A stretch of 64,000 nucleotides of DNA from contig CAZCME010000008.1 of assembly GCA_964499705.1 (NCBI GenBank), forward strand, positions 1-64,000, read 5' to 3'. The notes under the pieces were generated by a model. It was not told the DNA's origin. It saw nothing but the letters and a program-made list of their open reading frames with translations, and ran no database searches. Made by a program: the position numbers and the translations under genes. This DNA is from an uncultured bacterium. Its GTDB lineage: Bacteria; UBA8481. Positions 40,101-55,100 of this stretch are shown here, in pieces; position 1 is the first letter of the stretch, and every line of letters begins with the position of its first letter.

Positions 40101-43100
40101 AGCCGCTCGCGACGGTGTTGGCGACATTATCGACCGCGATGACGCGCCAGAAATACGTGTCGTTCGCGGGGAGCGATCGCGTCGCCGTGACGGCAGCGCC
40201 CGTCGCGGAGTCGATGAACGGCGCCGGGAAGGCGCTGTTCGTGTCGATCTGGATCCTGTACCCCGAGACTCCGGAGAGAGTGTCGTTCGTCCCGGCCCAT
40301 GTGAACGTGACGCTCAGCGCGGAAGTCTCATACGCGTTGGCGGGCCCGGAGAGCGCGACCGCGACGGGAGGATAGGTGTCGGCCTCGAACCGGAGGAGCG
40401 CGGTGTCGGCGAATCCGAAGATGTCGGTCGTGACGATCGTGATCGTGGCCGGGCCGGAGTCCTGCGGAATGCGGTAGATGAGGAAGTACGAATCCTTGTT
40501 CGCTCCGGCGTCCGTACCCTGCACGGTCACGAACGCCGTCGAACCCACTGCCTGCGACTCGTTGATGTCCGAGACGAAGACCGTAATCGTCTCCGTCTGG
40601 TTCGCGCCTATTCCGGTCGGATTGAAGTAGATCGTGTCCTGCGTGAGACCCGGGATAAGCGGCGAGTCGGGATAGAAGTGCGTTGGAACCGACGACGTCA
40701 CGGCAAGCCCGGTGATCGTCGGCACACCCGAATCGATCCGGAAGACGCGGCTGGCGGCGCCGGCGGAATCGACGTTCGAGACGGAGTCGTACGGGATGAC
40801 GCGCCAATACCACCAGGAATCGGCAAGGCCCAGCGACGTGTAGCTGGCGCCCGTCACGACGAAGGAGGACTCCGCCACCGTCACGAAGTCCGGATTCGTC
40901 GCGATCTGGATGACGTACCCTTTCGTCGCGGATCCCGTGTCGCCGGAAACGTTCCAGAAGAGCGTCGGCGTCGTGTCGCCGATCGTCTGCGAATCGCCGG
41001 GGCTGACGAGACCGACGAGCGGCGGAACGTCGGCGTCGCGCTTCCAATGGATGACGACCGAGTCCTCGTTGCCCGCGGTATCGCGCGCGATGATCGTCAT
41101 GACCGTGTCGAGAAGTCCGGCGTCGATGACGTAGACGAAATTGTAGGGCGCGAGGTTGTCCGCCTGCGTGCCCTCGCCGAAGTTCTGCGGGAAGATGATC
41201 GAATCGGCGCCGGTCGCGACGATCGTGACCGTATCGAACTGCCCCGCGCCGAAGCTCGTGTTGTTGAAGACGACGGTATCCATGACGATCGTCGTGTCGA
41301 TCCCCGTCGAATCGGTGAAGTACGTCGGAGCGGTGCAGACGATCGAGACGGAGACGATGACCGGCGCGTTCCGGTCCACGATAAAGGCGATCGGCGTCGT
41401 GTAGATCGTGGTGTTCTTAGCGTCGTCCCGCGCAAGGACGCGCCAGAAGTAGGCGCTCGAGGCCAGCGCGATCGCCGTGTCGTTCGTCGCCACGTCGGAA
41501 TCGACGGCGAACGGACCGGCGAACGTGCCCGTCGTATCGATCTGAATGTGATAACCGTTCAATCCCGTGCCCGTGTCGACGACAGCCGTCCAGAGGAACC
41601 CGACGAGCGCGGCGTTCGATTCCGCGACCGCGACGGGATAGACCGCGACCGGGACAGGCGGAGCGACGGTATCGGTGTAGAGGATGCGGGAGGCCACGGC
41701 GTTCGTATTGCCCGCGTCGTCATACGCGACGACGCGCCAGTAGTACGTGTCGTTCGCGGCGAGGGTGACCGTCGCTGTCGTCGCCACCCCGGTGGAGGAA
41801 TCGATGACGGGCAGCGTGAAGGCGTTCTGCGTATCGACCTGGATCCGGTAGCCGGAGAATCCGGACTGCGTATCGGCCGATGCGGTCCATGAGAAGAAGA
41901 TGTTCTGGAGCTTCGTCTCGGAAGCGTCGGCGGGCAGCGAGAGGGAGAAGGCCGCAGGAATCGTCGTATCGATCGTGATCCGCCGCGAAGCCGACGGCGA
42001 TGTGTTGCCGGCGCCGTCGACGGTGAGGACACGCCAGAAGAACGTGTCGTTCGCCGGAAGCGTCCGGGACGCCGAGAGCACGAGCCCGGCGGAGGAATCG
42101 ACGAACGGCTGCGAGAAATTCCCGGCGGTGTCGAACTGGAGCCGGTAATCACCGACACCGGACGGACTGTCCGCGCCGGCAGTCCAGGCGAACGTGACGG
42201 TCACGAACCGCGTCTCATGCAGATCCGCGGGCGCGGACAGGGAAGCGGCGCCCGGCGCCGTCGTATCGACGACGAAGAACGAGTCGCCCACCGTGCGGGC
42301 GTTCCCGAACGTATCCCGCGCGACGACACGCCAGAGATACGTGTCATTCGCGGGAAGCGATGCGAGCTCTTCCGTGTCCGTCACCGTCGTGTCGACGATG
42401 AAGGAGCCCGCCATGTCCGTATCGACGATGAGCTGGTACGTGACCGTCGGATTCGAATCCGTCGCCGCCGACCAGCGGAAGGCGAGCAGCCTTGAACTCG
42501 TCTCGAACCCGGCGGATGGCGCGATCAACGTGAACGCATTCGGCGGCACGGTCTCGAACGTCGTCGCTCCCGCGATCGAGTCGGAATAGAACGACTGGTT
42601 CTCGATCGCAGATCCGTCGAAGGCCGTCACGCGGTAGAACCATTGCGTCCCAGGCTGGTACGTACTGTCGACGTAAGCCGTCGTCGCGTTGCCGACTGCG
42701 GCGATCTGGATCCAGACAGAAGTGTCCGCCGTCGGCGACCGGTGAACTCGATACCCCGCAAGGCTGACGGCGAACGGATCGTTCTCCTCGTCGACAGTCG
42801 TAGCGCCCCATGTGATCCTGATGGCTGTCGAGTCGATCGGTACCGCAACGACCGTGTCCGGCGCGCGGGGAGCGACCGTGTCATTGCCGACGGTCGTATC
42901 GACAACCCCCAGTCGGAAAGGCGTATAGACTATCGAATCGCGATCCTGGCCCGCAATCTTGGACTTCAAATCGATCGTGTCGACCGAATTCCAGTAGTTC
43001 CGCGTGAAATCGAAGCGATTGCCAGACGTATTAAGGACCATGGAATCCGGATTGATCGCGCTCGCCATGAAGTTGTTCTTCGCGAAGGTGTCGGTGACCG

Positions 43101-46100
43101 ACGAGTTGATCAACCTGACGGCGTAGGCCGCGTTCGAATCGAAAGTGTTAGCGGCAATAACGCAATTCGAGGAACCATCGATGAGAATTCCGCTCCCGCT
43201 GTTCGCCTGCAAAAGGTTGCCCATCAGGATATTTCGATGGGACGACGAGGAACATTCAAGACCATCGCCGCCGTTGCCGATCGCCTGGTTTGCAATAATC
43301 TGATTATCTGTTGATGCGGACGTCAGGACGAATCCACGACCGCTGTTATTCGCGGCGATATTCTGGTTTAAAACGCTGTTATTGAGCGATGTCGCGCTGA
43401 AACCACCGGAGCCGTTCCCACTCGCCGTGTTTCTCGCCACCTTATGCCCGTCGGGATTATTGAAATCAAATCCGCTTCCTCCGTTGCCGCTCGATAGGTT
43501 GTCGCTCACGGTCTGGTTACCGGACGGCGTCTCGAAGAAGAATCCGCTGCTCGTGTTCCCGGAAGCAAGATTGTTCGTGATCGTCCCGAACTGGGCGTCG
43601 GTCATGTTGAATCCGAAGAAATTATTCGATGCGCGGCACCAACTGATGAACGCGGAATCCGAACCGCCATCGAGCTGGATTCCCCGGAATCCCGTCGTTT
43701 CCGCCCTGATTCCCTCCAGTCGCGACGTATCCACATTGAACCAGTAAATGGCGCGATATCCTCTCGCCACCGCGAAGTTGCGGAAGGTCAGACTCGTCCT
43801 TCCGGACGCATAGACGGACTTTGCATTGCCAACACCGCTGTCGTTGAAATTGATGATCGTGACATTCGAATCCACGCCTATCAGGAATACGCCATTGGCG
43901 TTGATTACGACGGAATCCGGTTCGAAATAGGTTCCCGCATCCATAAACACGGTATCACCCGCTGTCAGATATGCCTCCACGGAGTTGATCGTTCGCTTCG
44001 GCCTCGCCTTCGACAAGCCGTCATTCGTATCGTAACCCACCGCGGACGTGAACGAATCTCCGGTCGTCGAAGTGTCGTTCACGTACCAGACATTCGGCCC
44101 CGTCGTGTCGACCGGAGGCGTCAAGGCGTTGGCGATGGAATCCGATAAATACGACTGGTTCTCGTACGTCGCCGCGTCGAAGGCGGCGAGACGATAGTAG
44201 TAGGTCGTATCGGAGAGAAGTCCCTGGTCCAGGTATTCGGTCACGCCGGCTCCGGTCGTGCCCACGGCCACCCATTGCGTCGTATCGATCGATCGGGCGC
44301 GGAAGATCCTATAGCCGTTCAATCCGACCGCGAACGGATCCGACTCCTCGTCGAGCGTCACGGCGCCCCATGATATCCGGATGGACGTCGAATCATTGGC
44401 CGCGGCGACAACAGTATCCGGTGCCCGTGGCGCAACGGTGTCCGCTCCTGCCGAAGTATCCACCAGGCCGAATCGGAAGGGCGTATGGACCAGTGTCGCA
44501 ACTCCCGCGCCACTCACGCGGTTCAGGAGCGCCACGGTGTCCGTCGTTCCGAACCAGCTCCGCGTGATTCTCATGTTCGGCGTGTCCACGATGAGGCAGG
44601 CGGTGTCGCCCGGCTTCGTGACCATGTTGTTCTTTTCGAACACGGTGGCCGTGCACTGGCTGTTGATGACAAATCCCGTCTGGCCATTGGAATCAGCCTC
44701 GTTCGCCCGCAGTATGGTGAAGCCCGATCCCAGGAGCTTGAATCCGGCGCCCGCGCGTTGAGAGCGGGAAACGTTTCTTTCCAGCAGGTTCGAGTTCGAG
44801 CCGCCGCTCGCCCCGTTCTGAATGAGGATACCGTCGTTCGTGTTCGATTCGGCGCGGTTGTTCTGCAGGACATTCCCGGAGGAGTTGTCGAAGAGAAGGA
44901 ATCCGACGTCGCCGTTGGCGAACGACACATTGAATGTCAGGGTGCAGCCCTGGGACTGGTTCGTCAGGAAGAAACCGTCGTCGACATGATTATTCGCGAC
45001 GTTCGAATCCAGCCGGTTTCCGGAGGATCCGCTCAGTTCATAACCGAAGCCGGACGAACCGCTGGCCGTGTTTCCTTCGAGAACGCATCCGCTGACGAAA
45101 GGCAAAGTGAATCCGCTTGTTCCTCCTGTGGCGGTGTTGCCGATAAGGAAGTTCGTGTTCGACGCGAGATAGAAGCTCTGCGCGTTATTTCCGATGGACG
45201 TGCCGGATCGAACCGTATTGTCCCGACCCGAATTGACGACGAAGCCGGCCCCAATGTTCGAGCTTGCCGTGCAGGATGTAAGGGAATTCGAATCGGAACC
45301 TCCCGCAATCTGGAAGCCGTCCGAAACATTGCGATGGGAGACCGCGGCACTGATCTGGTTGGAATCCGCGTCGGCGGTCAGGAGAATACCGATCGAGGCG
45401 TTGGACTCGGAGCGGATGGACGTCAGCGTGTTGCGGTCCGCGTCGCCGAGGTAGAATCCGTACTGGCCGTTGCTTTCCGCGTGACAGTTGGAATACACAC
45501 CCAGCTCCGCGCCGCCCTCCAGGTTAAATCCGATATTGCCGGTTCGGGCCCGAACGCGCGTCACGAGCGCGGAATCGGCATTTCTCAGGTAGAGGCCGTT
45601 ATAGGCATTTCTGACTTGAAGGTCCCGTACCACGGTGGACGTGGTGCAATGCAGAGCACGGAAACTGGATGCCGTGGAATCCGCGAAATCGATGATCGTG
45701 GCGTTGGAATCAACACCAAAGATCCAGACGGACATCGCCCCGATCGTCACCGTGTCCGGTTCGATGAACCGGCCGGAATCCACGAGGATCGTGTCGCCGG
45801 CGGTCAGGAACGGCTCCACGTCGTTCAGGAATCTCTTCGGCGCGCTCGGAAGGAACCCATTGTTCGCCGAGGCGCCGATGGCCGACGTGAAAGAGTCGCC
45901 GGTTGTCGATGTATCATTGACATACCAGATATTCGGCCCGGTCGTATCCAGAGGCACGAGCCCCGACACGATCGAGTCCGAGAAGAACGACTGGTTCTCG
46001 ACGACAGCGGCGTCAAAGGCCGTCACACGGTAGTACCATGTTGAGAGTTGAGCCAGGCCGCTGTCATCGTACGTCGTCGCGGCGGCGCCCACGCGACCGC

Positions 46101-49100
46101 GCAGAATCCAAACGGACGTGTCGGCGATAGGAGAGCGATAGACCGCGTATCCTCCAAGAATCAGCGGATACGAATCCGCCTCCTCGTCCACCGTGACCGT
46201 CGACCAGGTGACGCGAATGTGCGTGGAGTCGATACCGAGCGCGGCGACGGTATCGGGATCCAATGGCGCGACCGTGTCGCCGATGACGGATGTCTCGGCG
46301 GTTCCCAGCCGGAACGGCGTGTACACGATCGAGTCGCGGCCAATGCTTGAGATCTTCCGCTTGATCGCCGTCGTGTCCGTCGTGCTCCACCAGTTTCTGG
46401 AAAAATCAAAGCGATTGAACGTGTTCTGGAAGAGCACGGAGTCGGGGCGGGTCGGCGATCCGTTAAGATTGTTCTTGTACCAGGTATCGCGCGCGGATGC
46501 CCCGCCGAAGTAGACCGCCCAGCCGTTGTTCGAGTCAGACGTGTTTCCGGAGAAGTAGTTGTCCAGCGAATCCTCCACGAGGAAGCCGTGCTGGAGATTG
46601 TTGCGGGCGACATTGCTGCGGAACGTGTTGCCGTCGGCGTTCGTCTGCAAGTGGTAGCCGGTACCGGAATTGCCCTCGGAGACGTTACCCTGGAACGTTG
46701 AGACGGTCATCGCGATGGAGAAGCCCTCGATGGTGTTTCCAGTCGCCGTGTTGTTCGTGATCGTGTTCTGGGTCGCTCCGCCCTGGAAGAAGAAGCCGTG
46801 CTGGTTGTTCGTCCGGGAGAAGTTGCCGTCGATCACGTGGCCGCCGTTCATCACGTTGAGGCCGCTGTTCCCGTTCCCCTCAAAGACGTTGCCGACGAAC
46901 GTGTCGCTCGCTCCCGTGAAGATCCAGATCCCTTCTAGGCTGTTGTTCCGGAAATGGCCGTTCCGAACCGTGATGTACTCGGTCGTGTTGTCCAGCAGCA
47001 GTCCCTGCGCGCCGTTGTTCTCCGATCGCACCTGCTCGATCAAAGCGGAATCGCCGTTGTCGAGCCGGAGCCCGACGTCGGCGCGGCGGACCGTGAACTT
47101 CCTCATCGTCACGCCGGACCTGTTCCGCACCCAGATCATCCGGTTCGATGCCGTCGTCGTATCGCCGAAGTCGATTGTGACGCCGAGCGAATCCGCGCCG
47201 ACGATCCAGATCGTGTTCGTGTCGATGAGGAACGTGTCCGGTTCGTAGTAGAAGCCGGAATCCATGATGATCGTGTCGCCTTCCGTCAGGAGCGGCTCGA
47301 TGTCGTTCAGATACCGCTTCGGCGACGTGATGAGGAGTCCATTGTTGGACGAGCTTCCCACGGCCGCCGTGTACGAATCGCCGACGGTCGAGGTGTCGTT
47401 CACATACCAGATGTTCGGACCGCGCGTGTCGATGTTCGAATTTCCCGCCTGCGAATCGACCATGTGGCCGGTTTTTAATTCGTTGCCGAAGGAATCGACC
47501 GCCACGACCATGAACCACCACGTCTCGCCGGCGATGAGCCCCGAGATCGTCTTCGTCGTATCCGTCCTCGCGGCGGTGTCGCGAGGGAAGATGCTTGTGC
47601 CGTAGATCGTGCCCGTCAAAGCGGATGTCTCGCGGTAGATGTGATATTGCCGCAGGTCGCTCGCAATCGACGGGCTCCACGACAACGTGATCGCTCCACC
47701 CAGGTCACCCGGCACATCGACGGCGTCGACGCCCGTGCAGGCGCCGGGAGCGGAGAACGGCGCCTCGGGTATATCGGAGCCCGCGCCCGGCGTCGGCGTC
47801 GAATCGACCGCCCAGTCGGTGTCGCCGTTGTTGTCGGCGAAGTTCGACGCGCGGACGATGGAATGCGAATCGTGGAAGTCGATGGCGAGTCCGATATCGA
47901 GCGGATTCCTCGCGTTCGACTGGACGGCTCCGTTAGACGCCCAGGCTCCGCGGGAGATCGCGTACGCCATGTGCGTCACTTCGAGGGCCGTGGATGCTCC
48001 GTCGCGGTTCGACCACGAGACGAAGTCGAGGATCGTGTCGGCAGTCGGATGGATGAGGAAGAGATTCTCGTCCGACTCCACGAAACCGAACCCGAGGTTG
48101 TAGATGTTGACGACACCGTCGCCGCCCGAGTCAACCTCCGTCGTCCCCGCGATATTCCAGAGGACCACGTAGTCGGAATCCGTGACCGTCGTGGACGGGA
48201 AAGTCAGGATGTCCGCGCTTACGGTGTCGTCGGCAGTCAGGCGGAATCCGGTCATGTCGAGCTGTCCGCCGGCGTTGCCGTCGTCGATGACGCGGAGCTC
48301 GATGAACTCCGTACCGCTCCCGGAGAACTTCGCCTCGCTGAAGAGGATGTTGGGAGACGTGATGTTCTGGAACGCAGCCACAGGCCCCGTCTCGTACACG
48401 GGATTGCGCTGCTCATGGCCCCAGGAGTCCGTCACCGTCACGACGACCCAGTAGGAATCGCCGTTCACGAGGTTCGAGAAGGTCACCTTTCCAATGGACG
48501 AATCCGTGACCGTCGAGTCCGCCACGAGCGTCGAGGTGTCGATCCGCGCGCCGATCGGGCGCGTGTCGAGATAGATGTTGTACCGGACGAAATCGGCGAG
48601 CGTCGTGATCGTGTCGTAGACGAGCTCGATCGTTCCGCCGAGATCGTTCGGGAGATCGCGGAAGATCCGTACGTGCCGCGTGTCCGGCACCGTGATCGGA
48701 TGCTCCACACCCGCGTTCACCGCTCCTTTCGACTTCGTCCCCGTCACGCTCCAGTTGTCGCGTGAGTGGAATGTGTCCGAGGAATTCTGGTCGCGCGCGA
48801 AGAGATCGGTCGCGGCGAATCCGTTCATCGGAGCGGGCGAGATGCACGACATCGGCACCGTCTCCCCTCTCCACTCGCCCGAGTCGATGGCAGTTCGCAT
48901 GTTCGACTGGAATGTCGCCGAGAGCGACGACGTCCGCTCCGCGAAGGCCATGAAGTCGACGAGCGAATCGGACGGAGTCCGGATCAGGACATACCCGGCC
49001 GTCGCGGCGATCCCGGCATTCGTGGACCGGAGCTCCGTAACGCCGTTGCCGCCGGAGTCGCCCTCGTCCACGGCCGTGGAGTCGAATGTCAGGACGATGT

Positions 49101-52100
49101 ACTCGCCCGTTCCGACGTAGGTGTTCCCGAGCGTCTTCGATCCCGTGGAGTGCCAGAGGATCTTCCAGCCCGCAAGGTTGATCCTGCCGGTCGGATTGCC
49201 GTCGTCGGCCACGTAGAATTCGATGTAGTCGCTGTCTCCCGCGCCGGCCTGTGTCCAGACTTCGTTGATGATGATCCGCGGCAGGCCCGTGATGTTGTTG
49301 ACCGGCTGCGTCGGACCGGCCTGGTTCAGGCCGAAGCGATACTCCAGTCCCCACGAATCGACAATCGTCACCACGGCGAAGTACGATTCCGTGTTGTTCA
49401 GGCCGCTGATCGTGACGGATCCCGTCGAGGAATCCGTGATGATTGTGTCGGGCTGGACGAAGGAATCGAGGAGGTTCGACGCGGGCGAGGTCTCGAGATA
49501 GACGCGGTATTCCTTGAAGTCCACGTTCGACTGGTCCGGCGGCCACGTGAGGCGCAAGGCGCCGCCCAGGTCGTCCGGATTATCGACGAGCGTCGGCCCG
49601 GGGAGGCGCGGTGCGGCCACGGCCGGCGACTCGATGCTGTTCGCCGTTCCCGGCGTCTGCGCCGCTTCGCCCCAGTCGAGATACGTATCGCGGTCCTGCA
49701 CGCCTCCACGCTGGATCGAGTAATTCGTCGCAAATCCTCCAGGTGTCCGAGGAGTGACGGCGTTGGCTTCCGTCGTGTCCTGCGGCGCCGCGCTCGAGGC
49801 CCACATCCCGAGCTGGATCACGGCCAGCATGTCGGCTTGCGAAGAGTTGGCGAACGACCCATCGTAGTCGGACCAGACCACGGCGTCGCGCGGCGTGTTC
49901 ACGCCGTCGTACAGGATGATCTCATCTTCCGTGCTCGTAAAGACAAGACCCGTGTCGTACGCGTTGATGATGCCGTCGCCGCCGGAATCGAGTTCGTCCG
50001 TAGCTGCGGCGTCATTGAAGACGATCCGGTCGCCCGTTCGCGCCATGACGACCGCGTCCACCGTTCCGTTATTGTCCGTGTCGCCGAGTATTTTCTGGTC
50101 GCTGCCGCTCCCGAGCGGATATTCCGTGATCTGCCATCCGGCAATGTTCGAACCCGCTCCGCTGTTGCCGTCATCGAGCACCCAGGCTTCCGCCCAGTCC
50201 GCTCCGCTCGAAACGCTCACTTCCGTCAGGATGATCCGGACGTTCAAGGCCGTCGAGACCGTGATCCGTCCCGGCTCCGTCACGGCATTCGCCGGGCCGG
50301 TGTCGGAGTTGACCGCGTTGGAGAGATTAACCGGGATCGACGCGACGAAGGATTCGAGGTTACCCGCGTTCCCGAGATCGATCGTCACGACGAAGTCGGC
50401 GCCGGCGCCGATGAAGTGCGAGAGCGTCGTGATCTGCCAGCGTGTCGGGGCGATCGCGGGCAGAACGGCAACGAGCGTGTCGGCGGCGTCCCACTTCGAA
50501 TCGCCGTTGGCGTCGCGATGGAGCTGGACGCTTACAATGTCGCCCGTATCGAGGAGCGAGAGGTTGTCGATCGTGAACTTCGTCAGCGTGTCGCCGGTCG
50601 CCAAGCCCGCGATCCGGAAGGCGATGACCGTCTTCGAGTCGGCCGTCGGCACGACGGTCTCCGATGTGATGTTCGCGTTCTTCGCGATGAGAAGCGGCGA
50701 GGCGTTCGAGAGCGTGATGACACTATTCGGCATGAGGAGGACGGCGGGGCCTGATTCGTTCGGAGAGACACGGATACCGTTCACCGGGTAGCGGAACTGG
50801 AGCGTCTCGCCGGTCGTCACCGTGTCCGCGAGGTGCAGGACGATGAGGAACGTGTCGCCCGCTAGACCGTTGAAGATATGCGCGATTCCGGATGTTTCCC
50901 ATCCTCCCGAAACCGGCGCGAGCGTCGAGACGAAGAGGTCGCCCGCGTCATAGGCGGCGTTGCCGTTCTGGTCCTCGTAAACCTTGATGGATATGAAGTT
51001 GGTGTCGGAGACCGTGTCGGAGGGCTCAATCCGGAAATGCTGCAACGTCGCCGTGGCGGTCGTCTCCGCGCGGACGTGAATGACCGACGCCGTGAAGTTC
51101 GATTCGCCATGAACGCGCGTCGCGGAGGCGACGGTCGTGTACAGATAAGCGCCCGAGATCTTCTGAGCCGCGGTCTCCACGGCGGAAGAGCGCGATCGGA
51201 GCGACCAGAGCGCCGTGTCGCCCGCGCCGAGCATGATGAAGTCCGACGCGTTGTCATACGCGTCGTATCCCGCGCCGCCTTTCACGTCGCGGCCGGACGA
51301 GGAGGTTGTATTAAGGAGATCCTCACGGATGCTGATGGGGTGCGGACGGCGGACGTAGATGTTTCCGGCGGACCCGGTCGGATTCGTCGCGGCCGTCGCT
51401 TCGTAATCGGGCGTGATGTTCGCGATGACGCCGTATCCGAACCGGTCGATGATTGCGCCTGTGGAATCGACGAGCGAGATTCCGTCGTCGGTGTTGTTGA
51501 AACCGATGTCACACGTCGTGTCGGGATCCGGCCACGCGGCGTTGTCCTTGACGAACGCGAGATCGCCGACGAGATACCATCCGCGCGCGGGAATCGTCGT
51601 GTCGATGAAGACACCGGACGTGTTGTTCGCGCCGATGTCGCGGAGCTTCCAGTTCTGGATGTTGACCGCGGTCTCCGTCGGATTGTACAACATAATCCAT
51701 TCGCCCGCCGCATCGCTCGTTATCGCATCGGGATAGGCCGCCGCGATAACGACATGGTTCGCGATCCCGGCGGGCTGGGCGAACGTCTGGACGTTCGTGT
51801 TCGTGACGGCCAGGGCAGGACCCGTTTCCGCGGTCACCGCATCTGAAGCATTGGCAATGACGCTCGCCTGGAACGTGTCCCCTTCCGGAGAAGCGTTGAG
51901 CGCCACCGAGACCGTGAAGACGAATGTGTCGCCACCGGAAACCAGCGTGATCGCGGCGGCCGTCGTCTCCCAGCGGCCGGTCGTCGCATTGAACGGCATC
52001 GCCGAGACGAGGACGTCTCCCGCGGAATACGTGAACGATCCGTCGATGTCGCGCCACATGAAGAGGTCGACGTCGGTGTCGTCGAGGTTGCCGAGATTGT

Positions 52101-55100
52101 CGACCGCGAATGTCTGGAGCGTATCGGCACCGGCTCCGGTGATGCGAACGGAGAGCACTGTGACGCCGGTGTCCCCGGGTCGCATTGTCGCCGTCGCGGC
52201 TTCCGCCAGCTTCGTCACCTTCAGGACGCCGGCAATGAGCGTCACGGAGAAGTTGTTCCCGATGGGAGCGAAGCTCCCGGAGTCGGACAGCGACGAGACG
52301 ATCGCACCGGAGTCGATCTGCATCTGGACCGTCTCGCCATTCTGAACGGTATCGCCGACCTTGAATGCGATGATGAAGCTATCGGCGTTCGCGACCGGAA
52401 GAAGAACGGCGCCTGTGAAGGTCCACTGGCGGCTTCCCGTCGCGACGAAGTTCCCGACGAACGTATCGCCCGCGTTCACCAATGAATCCATGTTCGCATC
52501 CTGCCACAACGAAACGGTGTCGATATTGGCCGTGTCCGCGAGCCCCAGCGACCGGACCGTCAACTGCGTCAACGTGTCCAACCGGTTCTGCGCTCCGCGA
52601 AGGCGGAACACCAGCGCTTCGATCCCCGTCTCCGACGCCTCCGCGATCGCCGCGCCGTAGTCTCCGAGCTTCCACGCGACGAGCATCGTGTGCCAGGGAT
52701 CGCTGTCGGTCGTAGCGGCCCACGACGTCGCGCAGGACTCCGATGTCTCGTCGTGTCCGCTGATCCCGTTTCCGCCGCCGACGCGCTCGAAGTTCGTGTC
52801 GCCCTGGTTGAAGGCGATGCGCCGCAGAAGCTGGCGCGATGCGGGCGACGCCGGCCGGCTCATCGTGGAATCGTCCGGATTGTACATCGACGCGACCGCT
52901 CCGCCGTCCGGCCCGTCGATCTGGACGTTCGTCTTGTTCGGGCCAATGCCGGTTCCCCAGACGAGAATGTCGACGTCCTTCACGAGATCGTTGAATCCGT
53001 CCCACCGGAAGAGAATGAGCGGCTCACCGGCATTCGTGAGGCTCGCCGTGGCCGCCCCCCCCTTCAACAACAGATCCGGAACACCGTCGGCGATCCCGTC
53101 CTGCGATAGCTCGAAGTCGACCGCGACGCCGGGGAACTCGGAGTGGAACGTCGTCGAGTTGAGGACGACGACGACGGAATCGCCCGACGCCACGGACGCG
53201 CCCGCCGGGAATTGCGCGATGAAGTCGCCGCCACCGACGCCGGCCGTGTCGCCGTTCGGAATTCGGTAGTAGCGGGTCTCGTCGTCCGAGATGTAATACG
53301 TCGAGAGATCGACGGTCGAAACGGTCGGATTGTAGAGAACAAGGAACTCGGACGTGAGGTTCGTCGCGCCTGGAGAGACGAGCGTCAGAACGACGTGCGT
53401 ATCGGATGCGGGATCGGCGATCACCGTGAAGACAGAGGTCGCCGCGACAGCGGCCAGCGGCCCGGTATCAGCGTTCTGCATCCTCACTTCGTTGGCGGGA
53501 ACCTGTCCCTGGAACGTGACCGAATCGATGGCCGATGGTGCCGTCTGGAGAACGACCAACACGGGAATGGAAGTGCCCGTGAAGAGATACGAAAGCCCCG
53601 TCTCCCGCCAGATCGATCCTGAGCTGTACGGAATGTTTCCGATGAACGTATCCGTCGCATCGAGAACGGAATCGGCGCCCGCGTCGTGATACAACCGGAG
53701 CGCGAGGACGTCCCCTGATCCAGCCGTCCCGAGGTTCGTGATGGCGAAGGCCGTCAACGTGTCGTTCGCAATCGTCACGCCGAGCGAAAGCGTCATGACG
53801 ACCTTGGTGTCATTCTTCGGAATCGTCGCGCTCGGAGTATCTCCCCGCTTTGTCACCGTGATCTGGTTCGCCGAAGCGATGTTCAAGGCGCCCGTATTCG
53901 TCCGCGTATCCGACGGTCCGGTCTCGAACGAGACGGCATCGACGGTGAAGGGGTCGATCTGGAACTTGATCGTGTCGCCGATCGTCGCGGTGTCATACGT
54001 GTTGACGACCAGGAGGAAGCTTCGGCCGGCGGTGCCTCCCGATCCGAGATACGACGCGCCGAGCGAAGAAAGATTCGACGCCGACCAGATCGAACCGCTT
54101 CGCGTCAGCAGGGCGACCTTGGAGTCCGCAAGCGAGACGAGCGAGTCGGCGTTGTTGTCGCGCCAGAGCTCCACGAAGAAGTCGAGATCGTCGGCGCTCC
54201 CGAGATTCCGGGCATTGAAGTTCAGAAGCGTGTCGCCGGTCCCGTTGGTGTCGCCCCGGATCTGGAACCGCAGCACGATCGCCGAATCGATCCCGCGCGG
54301 CGAATCGGTGTCGGCGACATCCGAGTTCAGGAAGATGCGGGTCTTCGTGTCGTACGGCGTCACGACGACGCCGATCGTCGTCGTCCCGGTCGTCGTCGAC
54401 TGATAGACGCAGGTGATGACGATCGACTCGCTTGCGGAGATATTGTCGAAGAAGATCGAATCGTTCCGGACTCCTGAAACAAATGCGCCGCTCGAGGCGG
54501 GAGAGATCGTCCCGTTCGACGGAGAGAAGATAACGGTGTCGGTAAAACTCGCGATCGTCGATTCATTGGCGTCGAGAACGGCCACCGTGATGTTAAAGGA
54601 TTCGCCGTTGATAACATGAAGCGCGGATACGGCCACTGTGCAATGAGCATTCGGGCTGGGCTTGTTGTATTGCGCGGTAGGATCCTGGTTCTTCCCCGGT
54701 GTCGGATTCATCACCGCGGTCAATGCGCCGACACCGCCGCGCCCGTCGATCTGTCTCGCATGTGCCTTGTTCACAGACAGGTCCGTGTAGGCGAACGAAT
54801 CGACGAAAACGTTCCCCGCCGTGGATAACCGGATGCTGTCTCCGACGGCATTGTTCATCTGGTCATACGTCCCGGTGTATGTCCCGGAATCCATCAGCGT
54901 GATGCCGTCGGACGCATATCGGTACCAGCTCCGCCCCTGCGAATCCGTCGCCGCATATACGATCAGGAACTGTTTCGGACCGAGAAAGATCGTTCCATTC
55001 AGAGAAATCTCGTCGCCGACATACTGATCGTCGTCGATCTTCCACCCGCTCACGTCTACAGTTCCCGATCCGGAATTGAAAAGCTCCACGTATTCCTCGT

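Noticed and set aside
37354-41892. 1512-aa + strand ORF and other long Arg-rich ORFs opposite the giant gene
   Set aside because: Arg-rich antisense frames produced by the biased codon usage of the repeat array; no independent domain signal.
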